Shown here: piece after piece, positions 37,918-50,700 of the stretch
Numbering within the stretch: the stretch's first letter is position 1
Layout: the number at the start of each line of letters is the position of its first letter
Source: Eledone cirrhosa
Taxonomy: Eukaryota
NCBI GenBank assembly: GCA_964016885.1
Contig: OZ024743.1
Span: forward strand, 326,678,001 to 326,742,000
Direction: 5' to 3'
DNA: 64,000 bases
Made by a program: the position numbers and the translations under genes
The notes under the pieces: model-generated
Told to the model about the DNA's origin: nothing
Seen by the model: only the letters and a program-made list of their open reading frames with translations
The model's database searches: none

Positions 37918-39121
37918 TCTCATACTCTCTCTCACTCTCTTTTTCTTTTTCCTTCTTTGTCGCTGTTTCCCCTATCTCTCAGTCTTTCTTCCTACTTCTT
38001 CATTTTCTCTCTTCCTCTCTCTCTCTCTCCTTTTCTCTCTGCCTCTCTTTCTCTGACCCTCTCTCTCTTCTCCTCGCTCTTCCTCTGCTTGTGTGTCTAG
38101 AACCCTCTTTGCTCTCTCTTCTGTCCTTGCCTACATATATATACACAACTACTGTCTCTGTCCTTGCAACAATTACCCTACGTTTCCCCTCGGCTCTTTG
38201 TTTTTGCTTTTATACCCTTATCTGCATTGTCCAACACACTTTAAGAGGAAACGGCCATGAATAATAGTATTCTCAGACATTTGCAGATAGCTGCAGATAC
38301 TTACGTAGCAGAGACAATGTCTCCGTTAAACTGGTTTCCTCTGATTGATTCCTAAGCCTGTCAGCAATAATAGGGGAGATAGAGAGATGGAAAAAAGGCA
38401 GAAGGGGGGAAGAGAACAGTAATAAAGTGGGATTCGCTTGTTACGTGATTACTGTTTCAAATCTCAATCTACCAAATTCCAGAAAATTCCAACAGAATTC
38501 TTGGAATCGCTTTGATACGATAATGACATTGTCGAACATGAAGAATCAAAGACAAACGACTGTGTAGACATTCTACTCACACGAAGAAAATATAAAATCT
38601 TGTGTCAGGTTATGGTGTAAACGATTTTTTTTTTAGAATATAACACCATAAAATATAAAAGGTGCCAGCTTTGTCGTCGTCGTCGGTGTCGATAGTGGTG
38701 GCGGAGTGTGGAGGGGGTTATGGCATTTCGCCCCCAGACTAGCTCTAATCGGTGAATGCAGCATGGTCGAAAAGTTAAGAAGTTCACTTCGCAGTCATTG
38801 GGACCTGGGTTCGCTTCCCACTTGCAAAATTCGTTTGGACACTATCTGTATCAAAAGGTCAACCTTCTCACACATTCACTGTGTCATGCTGAATATCTCT
38901 AAGAATTACGTAAATGTTACACGTGTCTGTGGAATGCTCAATAATTTATTTCATGAGCAGGTTGTTCTGTTGATCGAACAACTGACATACTCATCGTCGA
39001 AACCTATGGAGATCCATTCCAGCTCTGATCGCTCAGATCAAGTCATTCTAACTGTTTCCATCCCATACTTTCAAAGTTAATCAGGCCTACATTACCTAAT
39101 ACGTCTTTTTTTTATGTAACT

Positions 39122-39385
39122 AGCGTGGCCTAGTGTTGGACTTACGATCATAATGTCGTGGGTTCGATTCCTGGGCTGGGTTGCATGTTGTATTCTTGAG
39201 TAAAACACTTCATTTCACGTTGTTCCAGTATACTCAGCTGTAAATGAGTACCAGTAATAGCTGGAGGTTTAACCCTGCGATGGACTGGTGTACTGTCCAG
39301 GGGGGTGTCTTGTACTCTGTCGCTTCACGCCATGAAACTGGGATAAGCACCAGCTTAACGAGCTTACTAGCTTAAGACAGACTTT
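39122..39385 (+). mobile_element. tRNA-headed SINE, family C (MetaSINE-like body)
   Basis: TGGCCTAGTG A box, GGTTCGATTCC B box, cttgagtaaaacactt..ctcagctgtaaatgagtacc..cctgcgatggactgg..gtccagggg. A second copy is at about 41095-41315. Confidence 0.7.
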
Positions 39386-39929
39386 CGATTTCTAGATCAT
39401 AGTTTATAGGAAACGTAGTAATATACAACCAAGAGAGATTCATTTAAAATATGATATAATCTTTTGGTTTCAAATGTTAACAACACAACTAATAATTGTT
39501 TCTACTTTTAGCACAAGGCCAGCAATAAAAAGGGAAAGGAAAAGTCGATTAAATCGACCCCAGTGTGTTAATGATACTTTATTTTATCGAAGCCGAAAAG
39601 ATGATAGGCAAAGCTAACCTCAACGGGATTTGAAATCAGAACGGAAATGGACGTAATTAAATACTGCAAAGCAGTTTGTCAGACACTCTACCGAAGCTGC
39701 CATCCGTTTACGAAGCGCTAAGGAAATAAGGATAATATAACGATTGGTGTGCTTATGCGCGGAGATGCTATAAAATTGCTTACAAAATAGAGTTTAACGG
39801 TATCTGGAAGATACGAGGTTCGATTCCTCGTAGCGGCCGATGGCAACTTCCTTTTCTGTCATGGATCTTTACCCTAATTGATATGCTATTTTATACCATC
39901 TCCGTACATGAGCACATCACTCTTTATAT

Positions 39930-40208
39930 TATTCGCCCACTTATTCCTGAGAGGGTCATGGGAGCAGAGTCTTCAAACACTCCTTCCTGCCAGAAGCAAC
40001 CGTCTCCAACTAAGCGAGACCAGCCAAACACAAGGATGTTATCCAACCATCTTACTCTGGATGTAACCCTGGGTCGCCGGCCGGTTGGTTTTGCCCGTAA
40101 AATCTGTCCAGCGATTCTTTCCTGAGACATTCTAACCACATGCACATAGTATCGGAGCTGTGATCTCTCAATTCAGGGAAGTAGCAACTCTACTTGGAGT
40201 GACTCTCT
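39930..40208 (-). mobile_element. 3' end fragment of the same RTE family as 10430-11712
   Basis: HVVRMSQERIAGQILRAKPTGRRPR..RWLDNI matches the 11420-11700 sequence in reverse. Confidence 0.85.
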
Positions 40209-40259
40209 TTTACAAAAAATAAGAAACAGGAAATCAGAAAGACCATTTGGTAGCATGAG

Positions 40260-41070
40260 AAAAAGCTCGAGGGGAAGTTACTTCGGATTCGACTTCCCTC
40301 CAAACAATAAGTGCTCTTGTGTTTTCTCTACCATCACGTCGAACTCGGGGAGACAATTTCAGTTGCCGTAAAAAACACTAGCCAGAAGATCCAGAAAGTG
40401 TGGATAAAATCTAACATCACTACCAAAACGAGAAATTGTTTAAGGAGTATCAAGGACTGAAAAAGAAAAATCAAGGATGACTGACAAAGCAATTGTAAAG
40501 CGTCAGATTTGGAACAGTAATCTCGAGGAAATTTTTGACATTGCAAGCCAGGTCGTTCTCAAATGAAAGGATGTCCCAACTGGAGACAAAGCTTTCCTTG
40601 AGACACAGCAGGAAGATCAAATGTCTTTATTCCTGGCTGGTGTTGATGCAGAACATGTGAGAGCCATTCAGAAGAAGGAAAAGAAGATTCATGATGTGAA
40701 AGTAAGAAAGAGAAAGCAGGATGAAGAAGTCAAAAAGACGTCCGAGAAGGAGCTCTTGAAAGTTCGTCATCCAGCTCAGCTATTAGTGATGATGATAATT
40801 AAATCTTTGAGTCATCACTGCAAATAAAGCCAACTCTCGGTGACACTCGTGTTGCCACGTGAGAACAGAAGAAACTATTGGTATAACAAGCAAGTACTTT
40901 TTACAACACAATTGTGTAGGTCATGATGTGTCTGAACTTTCGATTTCCCTCTCAACTATTTATCGAGCAAGAACCAGATCCTGGCTAGTTCTCCACTGGG
41001 ATGGAGTCATTACTATTGGCTTCTTCATCTAGCACTCTCGAATATTGGATTGCAGTTTTATTTAGAGAAA
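40260..41070 (+). mobile_element. Decayed coding remnant, possibly a DNA-transposon protein
   Basis: Frameshifted protein-like text VLLCFLYHH..IQKVWIKSNITT..EKLFKEYQGLKK..LEEIFDIA..DKAFLETQQ..LAGVD. Family not assigned. Confidence 0.35.
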
Positions 41071-41781
41071 AAGGAAAGGAGGAGCTCTTATGTATTCCTA
41101 ATGTCATGGGTTCAATTCCTGGGCTGGATTGCATGTTCTGTTCTTCAGCAAAGCACCTTCATTTCACGTTGCTCCAGTATACTCAGATTAAAATGAGTAC
41201 CACCAATAGCTGGAGATTTAACCTTGTGATGGCCTGGCGTCCTGTCCAGGGGTAGTCTTGTACTCAGTTGCTTCACGACAGCCCAACGAGTTTTAAATGG
41301 CTTAAGACAGACTTTAGACTTACACTACGACTTTTATGTATGGATTTCTTTAGCTTCTGTCCAAGGAGAGAGAATAATTGAAATAAATCTAGTATATTTT
41401 TAAACAATTTTTTTCCTTTCCTCTCTTCCCATCCAAAAGGATAAAAGAAAAACTTAACGCACATGGGATTTGAGCTCAGAACTGAATAACAAAAAGTGAT
41501 TACTGTAAAGAATTTAGTTTGACCCTCAACCATTTCTGCCAAATATCTGCCTCTCTTTTATATTCAATACATAGTGATGGAGTTAAAAAGTAAACTACTG
41601 CTTGTTTAATCCAAATATGTAAAGTAGGGATGTACTGATAAACAAATAGGCTAATCATTAATTACCAATTATCTGGCCTTACCTTATTGACTGATACCAA
41701 TTGTTCCGCAACCAATTATCTATTGTAGTCACTTCTGTGCAGGTGCACGTTTCCTTGTCCTCCTCCTATTTCAATCTTTTC

Positions 41782-44700
41782 TATATTTCATCTGTCACCC
41801 ACCTNNNNNNNNNNNNNNNNNNNNNNNNNNNNNNNNNNNNNNNNNNNNNNNNNNNNNNNNNNNNNNNNNNNNNNNNNNNNNNNNNNNNNNNNNNNNNNNN
41901 NNNNNNNNNNNNNNNNNNNNNNNNNNNNNNNNNNNNNNNNNNNNNNNNNNNNNNNNNNNNNNNNNNNNNNNNNNNNNNNNNNNNNNNNNNNNNNNNNNNN
42001 NNNNTCTGCCCTCTCAGGCATTATATTTCATCTGCCTGTCACCCACCTTGTGGATTGTCTCTGTTGACCACTGGCCACTGGTCTCTATCCTCTCAGGCAT
42101 TATATTTCATCTGCCTGTCACCCACCTTGTGGATTGTCTCTGTTGACCACTGGCCACTGGTCTCTATCCTCTCAGGCATTATATTTCATCTGCCTGTCAC
42201 CCACCTTGTGGATTGTCTCTGTTGACCACTGGCCACTGGTCTCTATCCTCTCAGGCATTATATTTCATCTGCCTGTCACCCACCTTGTGGATTGTCTCTG
42301 TTGACCACTGGCCACTGGTCTCTATCCTCTCAGGCATTATATTTCATCTGCCTGTCACCCACCTTGTGGATTGTCTCTGTTGACCACTGGCCACTGGTCT
42401 CTGCCCTCTCAGGCATTATATTTCATCTGCCTGTCACCCACCTTGTGGATTGTCTCTGTTGACCACTGGCCACTGGTCTCTGCCCTCTCAGGCATTATAT
42501 TTCATCTGCCTGTCACCCACCTTGTGGATTGTCTCTGTTGACCACTGGCCACTGGTCTCTATCCTCTCAGGCATTATATTTCATCTGCCTGTCACCCACC
42601 TTGTGGATTGTCTCTGTTGACCACTGGCCACTGGTCTCTGCCCTCTCAGGCATTATATTTCATCTGCCTGTCACCCACCTTGTGGATTGTCTCTGTTGAC
42701 CACGGGCCACTGATCCTCTCAGGCATTATATTTCATGTCACCCACCTTGTGGATTGTCTCTGTTGACCACTGGCCACTGGTCTCTATCCTCTCAGGCATT
42801 ATATTTCATCTGCCTGTCACCCACCTTGTGGATTGTCTCTGTTGACCACTGGCCACTGGTCTCTGCCCTCTCAGGCATTATATTTCATCTGCCTGTCACC
42901 CACCTTGTGGATTGTCTCTGTTGACCACTGGCCACTGGTCTCTATCCTCTCAGGCATTATATTTCATCTGCCTGTCACCCACCTTGTGGATTGTCTCTGT
43001 TGACCACTGGCCACTGGTCTCTGCCCTCTCAGGCATTATATTTCATCTGCCTGTCACCCACCTTGTGGATTGTCTCTGTTGACCACGGGCCACTATCCTC
43101 TCAGGCATTATATTTCATGTCACCCACCTTGTGGATTGTCTCTGTTGACCACTGGCCACTGGTCTCTATCCTCTCAGGCATTATATTTCATCTGCCTGTC
43201 ACCCACCTTGTGGATTGTCTCTGTTGACCACTGGCCACTGGTCTCTGCCCTCTCAGGCATTATATTTCATCTGCCTGTCACCCACCTTGTGGATTGTCTC
43301 TGTTGACCACTGGCCACTGGTCTCTATCCTCTCAGGCATTATATTTCATCTGCCTGTCACCCACCTTGTGGATTGTCTCTGTTGACCACTGGCCACTGGT
43401 CTCTATCCTCTCAGGCATTATATTTCATCTGCCTGTCACCCACCTTGTGGATTGTCTCTGTTGACCACTGGCCACTGGTCTCTATCCTCTCAGGCATTAT
43501 ATTTCATCTGCCTGTCACCCACCTTGTGGATTGTCTCTGTTGACCACTGGCCACTGGTCTCTATCCTCTCAGGCATTATATTTCATCTGCCTGTCACCCA
43601 CCTTGTGGATTGTCTCTGTTGACCACTGGCCACTGGTCTCTATCCTCTCAGGCATTATATTTCATCTGCCTGTCACCCACCTTGTGGATTGTCTCTGTTG
43701 ACCACTGGCCACTGGTCTCTATCCTCTCAGGCATTATATTTCATCTGCCTGTCACCCACCTTGTGGATTGTCTCTGTTGACCACTGGCCACTGGTCTCTA
43801 GCCCTCTCAGGCATTATATTTCATCTGCCTGTCACCCACCTTGTGGATTGTCTCTGTTGACCACTGGCCACTGGTCTCTATCCTCTCAGGCATTATATTT
43901 CATCTGCCTGTCACCCACCTTGTGGATTGTCTCTGTTGACCACTGGCCACTGGTCTCTATCCTCTCAGGCATTATATTTCATCTGCCTGTCACCCACCTT
44001 GTGGATTGTCTCTGTTGACCACTGGCCACTGGTCTCTATCCTCTCAGGCATTATATTTCATCTGCCTGTCACCCACCTTGTGGATTGTCTCTGTTGACCA
44101 CTGGCCACTGGTCTCTGCCCTCTCAGGCATTATATTTCATCTGCCTGTCACCCACCTTGTGGATTGTCTCTGTTGACCACTGGCCACTGGTCTGTCCTCT
44201 CAGGCATTATATTTCATCTGCCTGTCACCCACCTTGTGGATTGTCTCTGTTGACCACTGGCCACTGGTCTCTATCCTCTCAGGCATTATATTTCATCTGC
44301 CTGTCACCCACCTTGTGGATTGTCTCTGTTGACCACTGGCCACTGGTCTGTCCCTCTCAGGCATTATATTTCATCTGCCTGTCACCCACCTTGTGGATTG
44401 TCTCTGTTGACCACTGGCCACTGGTCTCTATCCTCTCAGGCATTATATTTCATCTGCCTGTCACCCACCTTGTGGATTGTCTCTGTTGACCACTGGCCAC
44501 TGGTCTCTATCCTCTCAGGCATTATATTTCATCTGCCTGTCACCCACCTTGTGGATTGTCTCTGTTGACCACTGGCCACTGGTCTCTATCCTCTCAGGCA
44601 TTATATTTCATCTGCCTGTCACCCACCTTGTGGATTGTCTCTGTTGACCACTGGCCACTGGTCTCTGCCCTCTCAGGCATTATATTTCATCTGCCTGTCA

Positions 44701-47700
44701 CCCACCTTGTGGATTGTCTCTGTTGACCACTGGCCACTGGTCTGTCCTCTCAGGCATTATATTTCATCTGCCTGTCACCCACCTTGTGGATTGTCTCTGT
44801 TGACCACTGGCCACTGGTCTCTATCCTCTCAGGCATTATATTTCATCTGCCTGTCACCCACCTTGTGGATTGTCTCTGTTGACCACTGGCCACTGGTCTC
44901 TATCCTCTCAGGCATTATATTTCATCTGCCTGTCACCCACCTTGTGGATTGTCTCTGTTGACCACTGGCCACTGGTCTGTCCTCTCAGGCATTATATTTC
45001 ATCTGCCTGTCACCCACCTTGTGGATTGTCTCTGTTGACCACTGGCCACTGGTCTCTATCCTCTCAGGCATTATATTTCATCTGCCTGTCACCCACCTTG
45101 TGGATTGTCTCTGTTGACCACTGGCCACTGGTCTGTCCTCTCAGGCATTATATTTCATCTGCCTGTCACCCACCTTGTGGATTGTCTCTGTTGACCACTG
45201 GCCACTGGTCTCTATCCTCTCAGGCATTATATTTCATCTGCCTGTCACCCACCTTGTGGATTGTCTCTGTTGACCACTGGCCACTGGTCTGTCCTCTCAG
45301 GCATTATATTTCATCTGCCTGTCACCCACCTTGTGGATTGTCTCTGTTGACCACTGGCCACTGGTCTCTATCCTCTCAGGCATTATATTTCATCTGCCTG
45401 TCACCCACCTTGTGGATTGTCTCTGTTGACCACTGGCCACTGGTCTCTATCCTCTCAGGCATTATATTTCATCTGCCTGTCACCCACCTTGTGGATTGTC
45501 TCTGTTGACCACTGGCCACTGGTCTGTCCTCTCAGGCATTATATTTCATCTGCCTGTCACCCACCTTGTGGATTGTCTCTGTTGACCACTGGCCACTGGT
45601 CTCTATCCTCTCAGGCATTATATTTCATCTGCCTGTCACCCACCTTGTGGATTGTCTCTGTTGACCACTGGCCACTGGTCTGTCCTCTCAGGCATTATAT
45701 TTCATCTGCCTGTCACCCACCTTGTGGATTGTCTCTGTTGACCACTGGCCACTGGTCTCTATCCTCTCAGGCATTATATTTCATCTGCCTGTCACCCACC
45801 TTGTGGATTGTCTCTGTTGACCACTGGCCACTGGTCTGTCCTCTCAGGCATTATATTTCATCTGCCTGTCACCCACCTTGTGGATTGTCTCTGTTGACCA
45901 CTGGCCACTGGTCTCTATCCTCTCAGGCATTATATTTCATCTGCCTGTCACCCACCTTGTGGATTGTCTCTGTTGACCACTGGCCACTGGTCTGTCCTCT
46001 CAGGCATTATATTTCATCTGCCTGTCACCCACCTTGTGGATTGTCTCTGTTGACCACTGGCCACTGGTCTCTATCCTCTCAGGCATTATATTTCATCTGC
46101 CTGTCACCCACCTTGTGGATTGTCTCTGTTGACCACTGGCCACTGGTCTGTCCTCTCAGGCATTATATTTCATCTGCCTGTCACCCACCTTGTGGATTGT
46201 CTCTGTTGACCACTGGCCACTGGTCTCTATCCTCTCAGGCATTATATTTCATCTGCCTGTCACCCACCTTGTGGATTGTCTCTGTTGACCACTGGCCACT
46301 GGTCTCTATCCTCTCAGGCATTATATTTCATCTGCCTGTCACCCACCTTGTGGATTGTCTCTGTTGACCACTGGCCACTGGTCTGTCCTCTCAGGCATTA
46401 TATTTCATCTGCCTGTCACCCACCTTGTGGATTGTCTCTGTTGACCACTGGCCACTGGTCTCTATCCTCTCAGGCATTATATTTCATCTGCCTGTCACCC
46501 ACCTTGTGGATTGTCTCTGTTGACCACTGGCCACTGGTCTGTCCTCTCAGGCATTATATTTCATCTGCCTGTCACCCACCTTGTGGATTGTCTCTGTTGA
46601 CCACTGGCCACTGGTCTCTGTCCTCTCAGGCATTATATTTCATCTGCCTGTCACCCACCTTGTGGATTGTCTCTGTTGACCACTGGCCACTGGTCTGTCC
46701 TCTCAGGCATTATATTTCATCTGCCTGTCACCCACCTTGTGGATTGTCTCTGTTGACCACTGGCCACTGGTCTGTCCTCTCAGGCATTATATTTCATCTG
46801 CCTGTCACCCACCTTGTGGATTGTCTCTGTTGACCACTGGCCACTGGTCTCTGTCCTCTCAGGCATTATATTTCATCTGCCTGTCACCCACCTTGTGGAT
46901 TGTCTCTGTTGACCACTGGCCACTGGTCTCTATCCTCTCAGGCATTATATTTCATCTGCCTGTCACCCACCTTGTGGATTGTCTCTGTTGACCACTGGCC
47001 ACTGGTCTCTGCCCTCTCAGGCATTATATTTCATGTCACCCACCTTGTGGATTGTCTCTGTTGACCACTGGCCACTGGTCTCTATCCTCTCAGGCATTAT
47101 ATTTCATCTGCCTGTCACCCACCTTGTGGATTGTCTCTGTTGACCACTGGCCACTGGTCCTGTCCTCTCAGGCATTATATTTCATTGTCACCCACCTTGT
47201 GGATTGTCTCTGTTGACCACTGGCCACTGGTCTCTATCCTCTCAGGCATTATATTTCATCTGCCTGTCACCCACCTTGTGGATTGTCTCTGTTGACCACT
47301 GGCCACTGGTCTCTATCCTCTCAGGCATTATATTTCATCTGCCTGTCACCCACCTTGTGGATTGTCTCTGTTGACCACTGGCCACTGGTCTCTATCCTCT
47401 CAGGCATTATATTTCATCTGCCTGTCACCCACCTTGTGGATTGTCTCTGTTGACCACTGGCCACTGGTCTCTATCCTCTCAGGCATTATATTTCATCTGC
47501 CTGTCACCCACCTTGTGGATTGTCTCTGTTGACCACTGGCCACTGGTCTCTATCCTCTCAGGCATTATATTTCATCTGCCTGTCACCCACCTTGTGGATT
47601 GTCTCTGTTGACCACTGGCCACTGGTCTGTCCTCTCAGGCATTATATTTCATCTGCCTGTCACCCACCTTGTGGATTGTCTCTGTTGACCACTGGCCACT

Positions 47701-50700
47701 GGTCTCTGTCCTCTCAGGCATTATATTTCATCTGCCTGTCACCCACCTTGTGGATTGTCTCTGTTGACCACTGGCCACTGGTCTCTGTCCTCTCAGGCAT
47801 TATATTTCATCTGCCTGTCACCCACCTTGTGGATTGTCTCTGTTGACCACTGGCCACTGGTCTCTATCCTCTCAGGCATTATATTTCATCTGCCTGTCAC
47901 CCACCTTGTGGATTGTCTCTGTTGACCACTGGCCACTGGTCTCTATCCTCTCAGGCATTATATTTCATCTGCCTGTCACCCACCTTGTGGATTGTCTCTG
48001 TTGACCACTGGCCACTGGTCTCTATCCTCTCAGGCATTATATTTCATCTGCCTGTCACCCACCTTGTGGATTGTCTCTGTTGACCACCTGGCCACTGGTC
48101 TCTATCCTCTCAGGCATTATATTTCATCTGCCTGTCACCCACCTTGTGGATTGTCTCTGTTGACCACTGGCCACTGGTCTCTGCCCTCTCAGGCATTATA
48201 TTTCATCTGCCTGTCACCCACCTTGTGGATTGTCTCTGTTGACCACTGGCCACTGGTCTCTGTCCTCTCAGGCATTATATTTCATCTGCCTGTCACCCAC
48301 CTTGTGGATTGTCTCTGTTGACCACTGGCCACTGGTCTCTATCCTCTCAGGCATTATATTTCATCTGCCTGTCACCCACCTTGTGGATTGTCTCTGTTGA
48401 CCACTGGCCACTGGTCTCTATCCTCTCAGGCATTATATTTCATCTGCCTGTCACCCACCTTGTGGATTGTCTCTGTTGACCACTGGCCACTGGTCTCTAT
48501 CCTCTCAGGCATTATATTTCATCTGCCTGTCACCCACCTTGTGGATTGTCTCTGTTGACCACTGGCCACTGGTCTCTATCCTCTCAGGCATTATATTTCA
48601 TCTGCCTGTCACCCACCTTGTGGATTGTCTCTGTTGACCACTGGCCACTGGTCTCTGTCCTCTCAGGCATTATATTTCATCTGCCTGTCACCCACCTTGT
48701 GGATTGTCTCTGTTGACCACTGGCCACTGGTCTCTGCCCTCTCAGGCATTATATTTCATCTGCCTGTCACCCACCTTGTGGATTGTCTCTGTTGACCACT
48801 GGCCACTGGTCTCTGCCCTCTCAGGCATTATATTTCATCTGCCTGTCACCCACCTTGTGGATTGTCTCTGTTGACCACTGGCCACTGGTCTGTCCTCTCA
48901 GGCATTATATTTCATCTGCCTGTCACCCACCTTGTGGATTGTCTCTGTTGACCACTGGCCACTGGTCTCTATCCTCTCAGGCATTATATTTCATCTGCCT
49001 GTCACCCACCTTGTGGATTGTCTCTGTTGACCACTGGCCACTGGTCTCTATCCTCTCAGGCATTATATTTCATCTGCCTGTCACCCACCTTGTGGATTGT
49101 CTCTGTTGACCACTGGCCACTGGTCTGTCCTCTCAGGCATTATATTTCATCTGCCTGTCACCCACCTTGTGGATTGTCTCTGTTGACCACTGGCCACTGG
49201 TCTCTATCCTCTCAGGCATTATATTTCATCTGCCTGTCACCCACCTTGTGGATTGTCTCTGTTGACCACTGGCCACTGGTCTCTATCCTCTCAGGCATTA
49301 TATTTCATCTGCCTGTCACCCACCTTGTGGATTGTCTCTGTTGACCACTGGCCACTGGTCTCTGCCCTCTCAGGCATTATATTTCATCTGCCTGTCACCC
49401 ACCTTGTGGATTGTCTCTGTTGACCACTGGCCACTGGTCTCTATCCTCTCAGGCATTATATTTCATCTGCCTGTCACCCACCTTGTGGATTGTCTCTGTT
49501 GACCACTGGCCACTGGTCTCTGCCCTCTCAGGCATTATATTTCATCTGCCTGTCACCCACCTTGTGGATTGTCTCTGTTGACCACTGGCCACTGGTCTCT
49601 ATCCTCTCAGGCATTATATTTCATCTGCCTGTCACCCACCTTGTGGATTGTCTCTGTTGACCACTGGCCACTGGTCTCTGCCCTCTCAGGCATTATATTT
49701 CATCTGCCTGTCACCCACCTTGTGGATTGTCTCTGTTGACCACTGGCCACTGGTCTGTCCTCTCAGGCATTATATTTCATCTGCCTGTCACCCACCTTGT
49801 GGATTGTCTCTGTTGACCACTGGCCACTGGTCTCTGCCCTCTCAGGCATTATATTTCATCTGCCTGTCACCCACCTTGTGGATTGTCTCTGTTGACCACT
49901 GGCCACTGGTCTCTGCCCTCTCAGGCATTATATTTCATCTGCCTGTCACCCACCTTGTGGATTGTCTCTGTTGACCACTGGCCACTGGTCTCTGCCCTCT
50001 CAGGCATTATATTTCATCTGCCTGTCACCCACCTTGTGGATTGTCTCTGTTGACCACTGGCCACTGGTCTCTGCCCTCTCAGGCATTATATTTCATCTGC
50101 CTGTCACCCACCTTGTGGATTGTCTCTGTTGACCACTGGCCACTGGTCTCTGTCCTCTCAGGCATTATATTTCATCTGCCTGTCACCCACCTTGTGGATT
50201 GTCTCTGTTGACCACTGGCCACTGGTCTCTATCCTCTCAGGCATTATATTTCATCTGCCTGTCACCCACCTTGTGGATTGTCTCTGTTGACCACTGGCCA
50301 CTGGTCTCTATCCTCTCAGGCATTATATTTCATCTGTCACCCACCTTGTGGATTGTCTCTGTTGACCACTGGCCACTGGTCTCTATCCTCTCAGGCATTA
50401 TATTTCATCTGCCTGTCACCCACCTTGTGGATTGTCTCTGTTGACCACTGGCCACTGGTCTCTATCCTCTCAGGCATTATATTTCATCTGCCTGTCACCC
50501 ACCTTGTGGATTGTCTCTGTTGACCACTGGCCACTGGTCTCTATCCTCTCAGGCATTATATTTCATCTCTGTCACCCACCTTGTGGATTGTCTCTGTTGA
50601 CCACTGGCCACTGGTCTCTATCCTCTCAGGCATTATATTTCATCTGCCTGTCACCCACCTTGTGGATTGTCTCTGTTGACCACTGGCCACTGGTCTCTAT

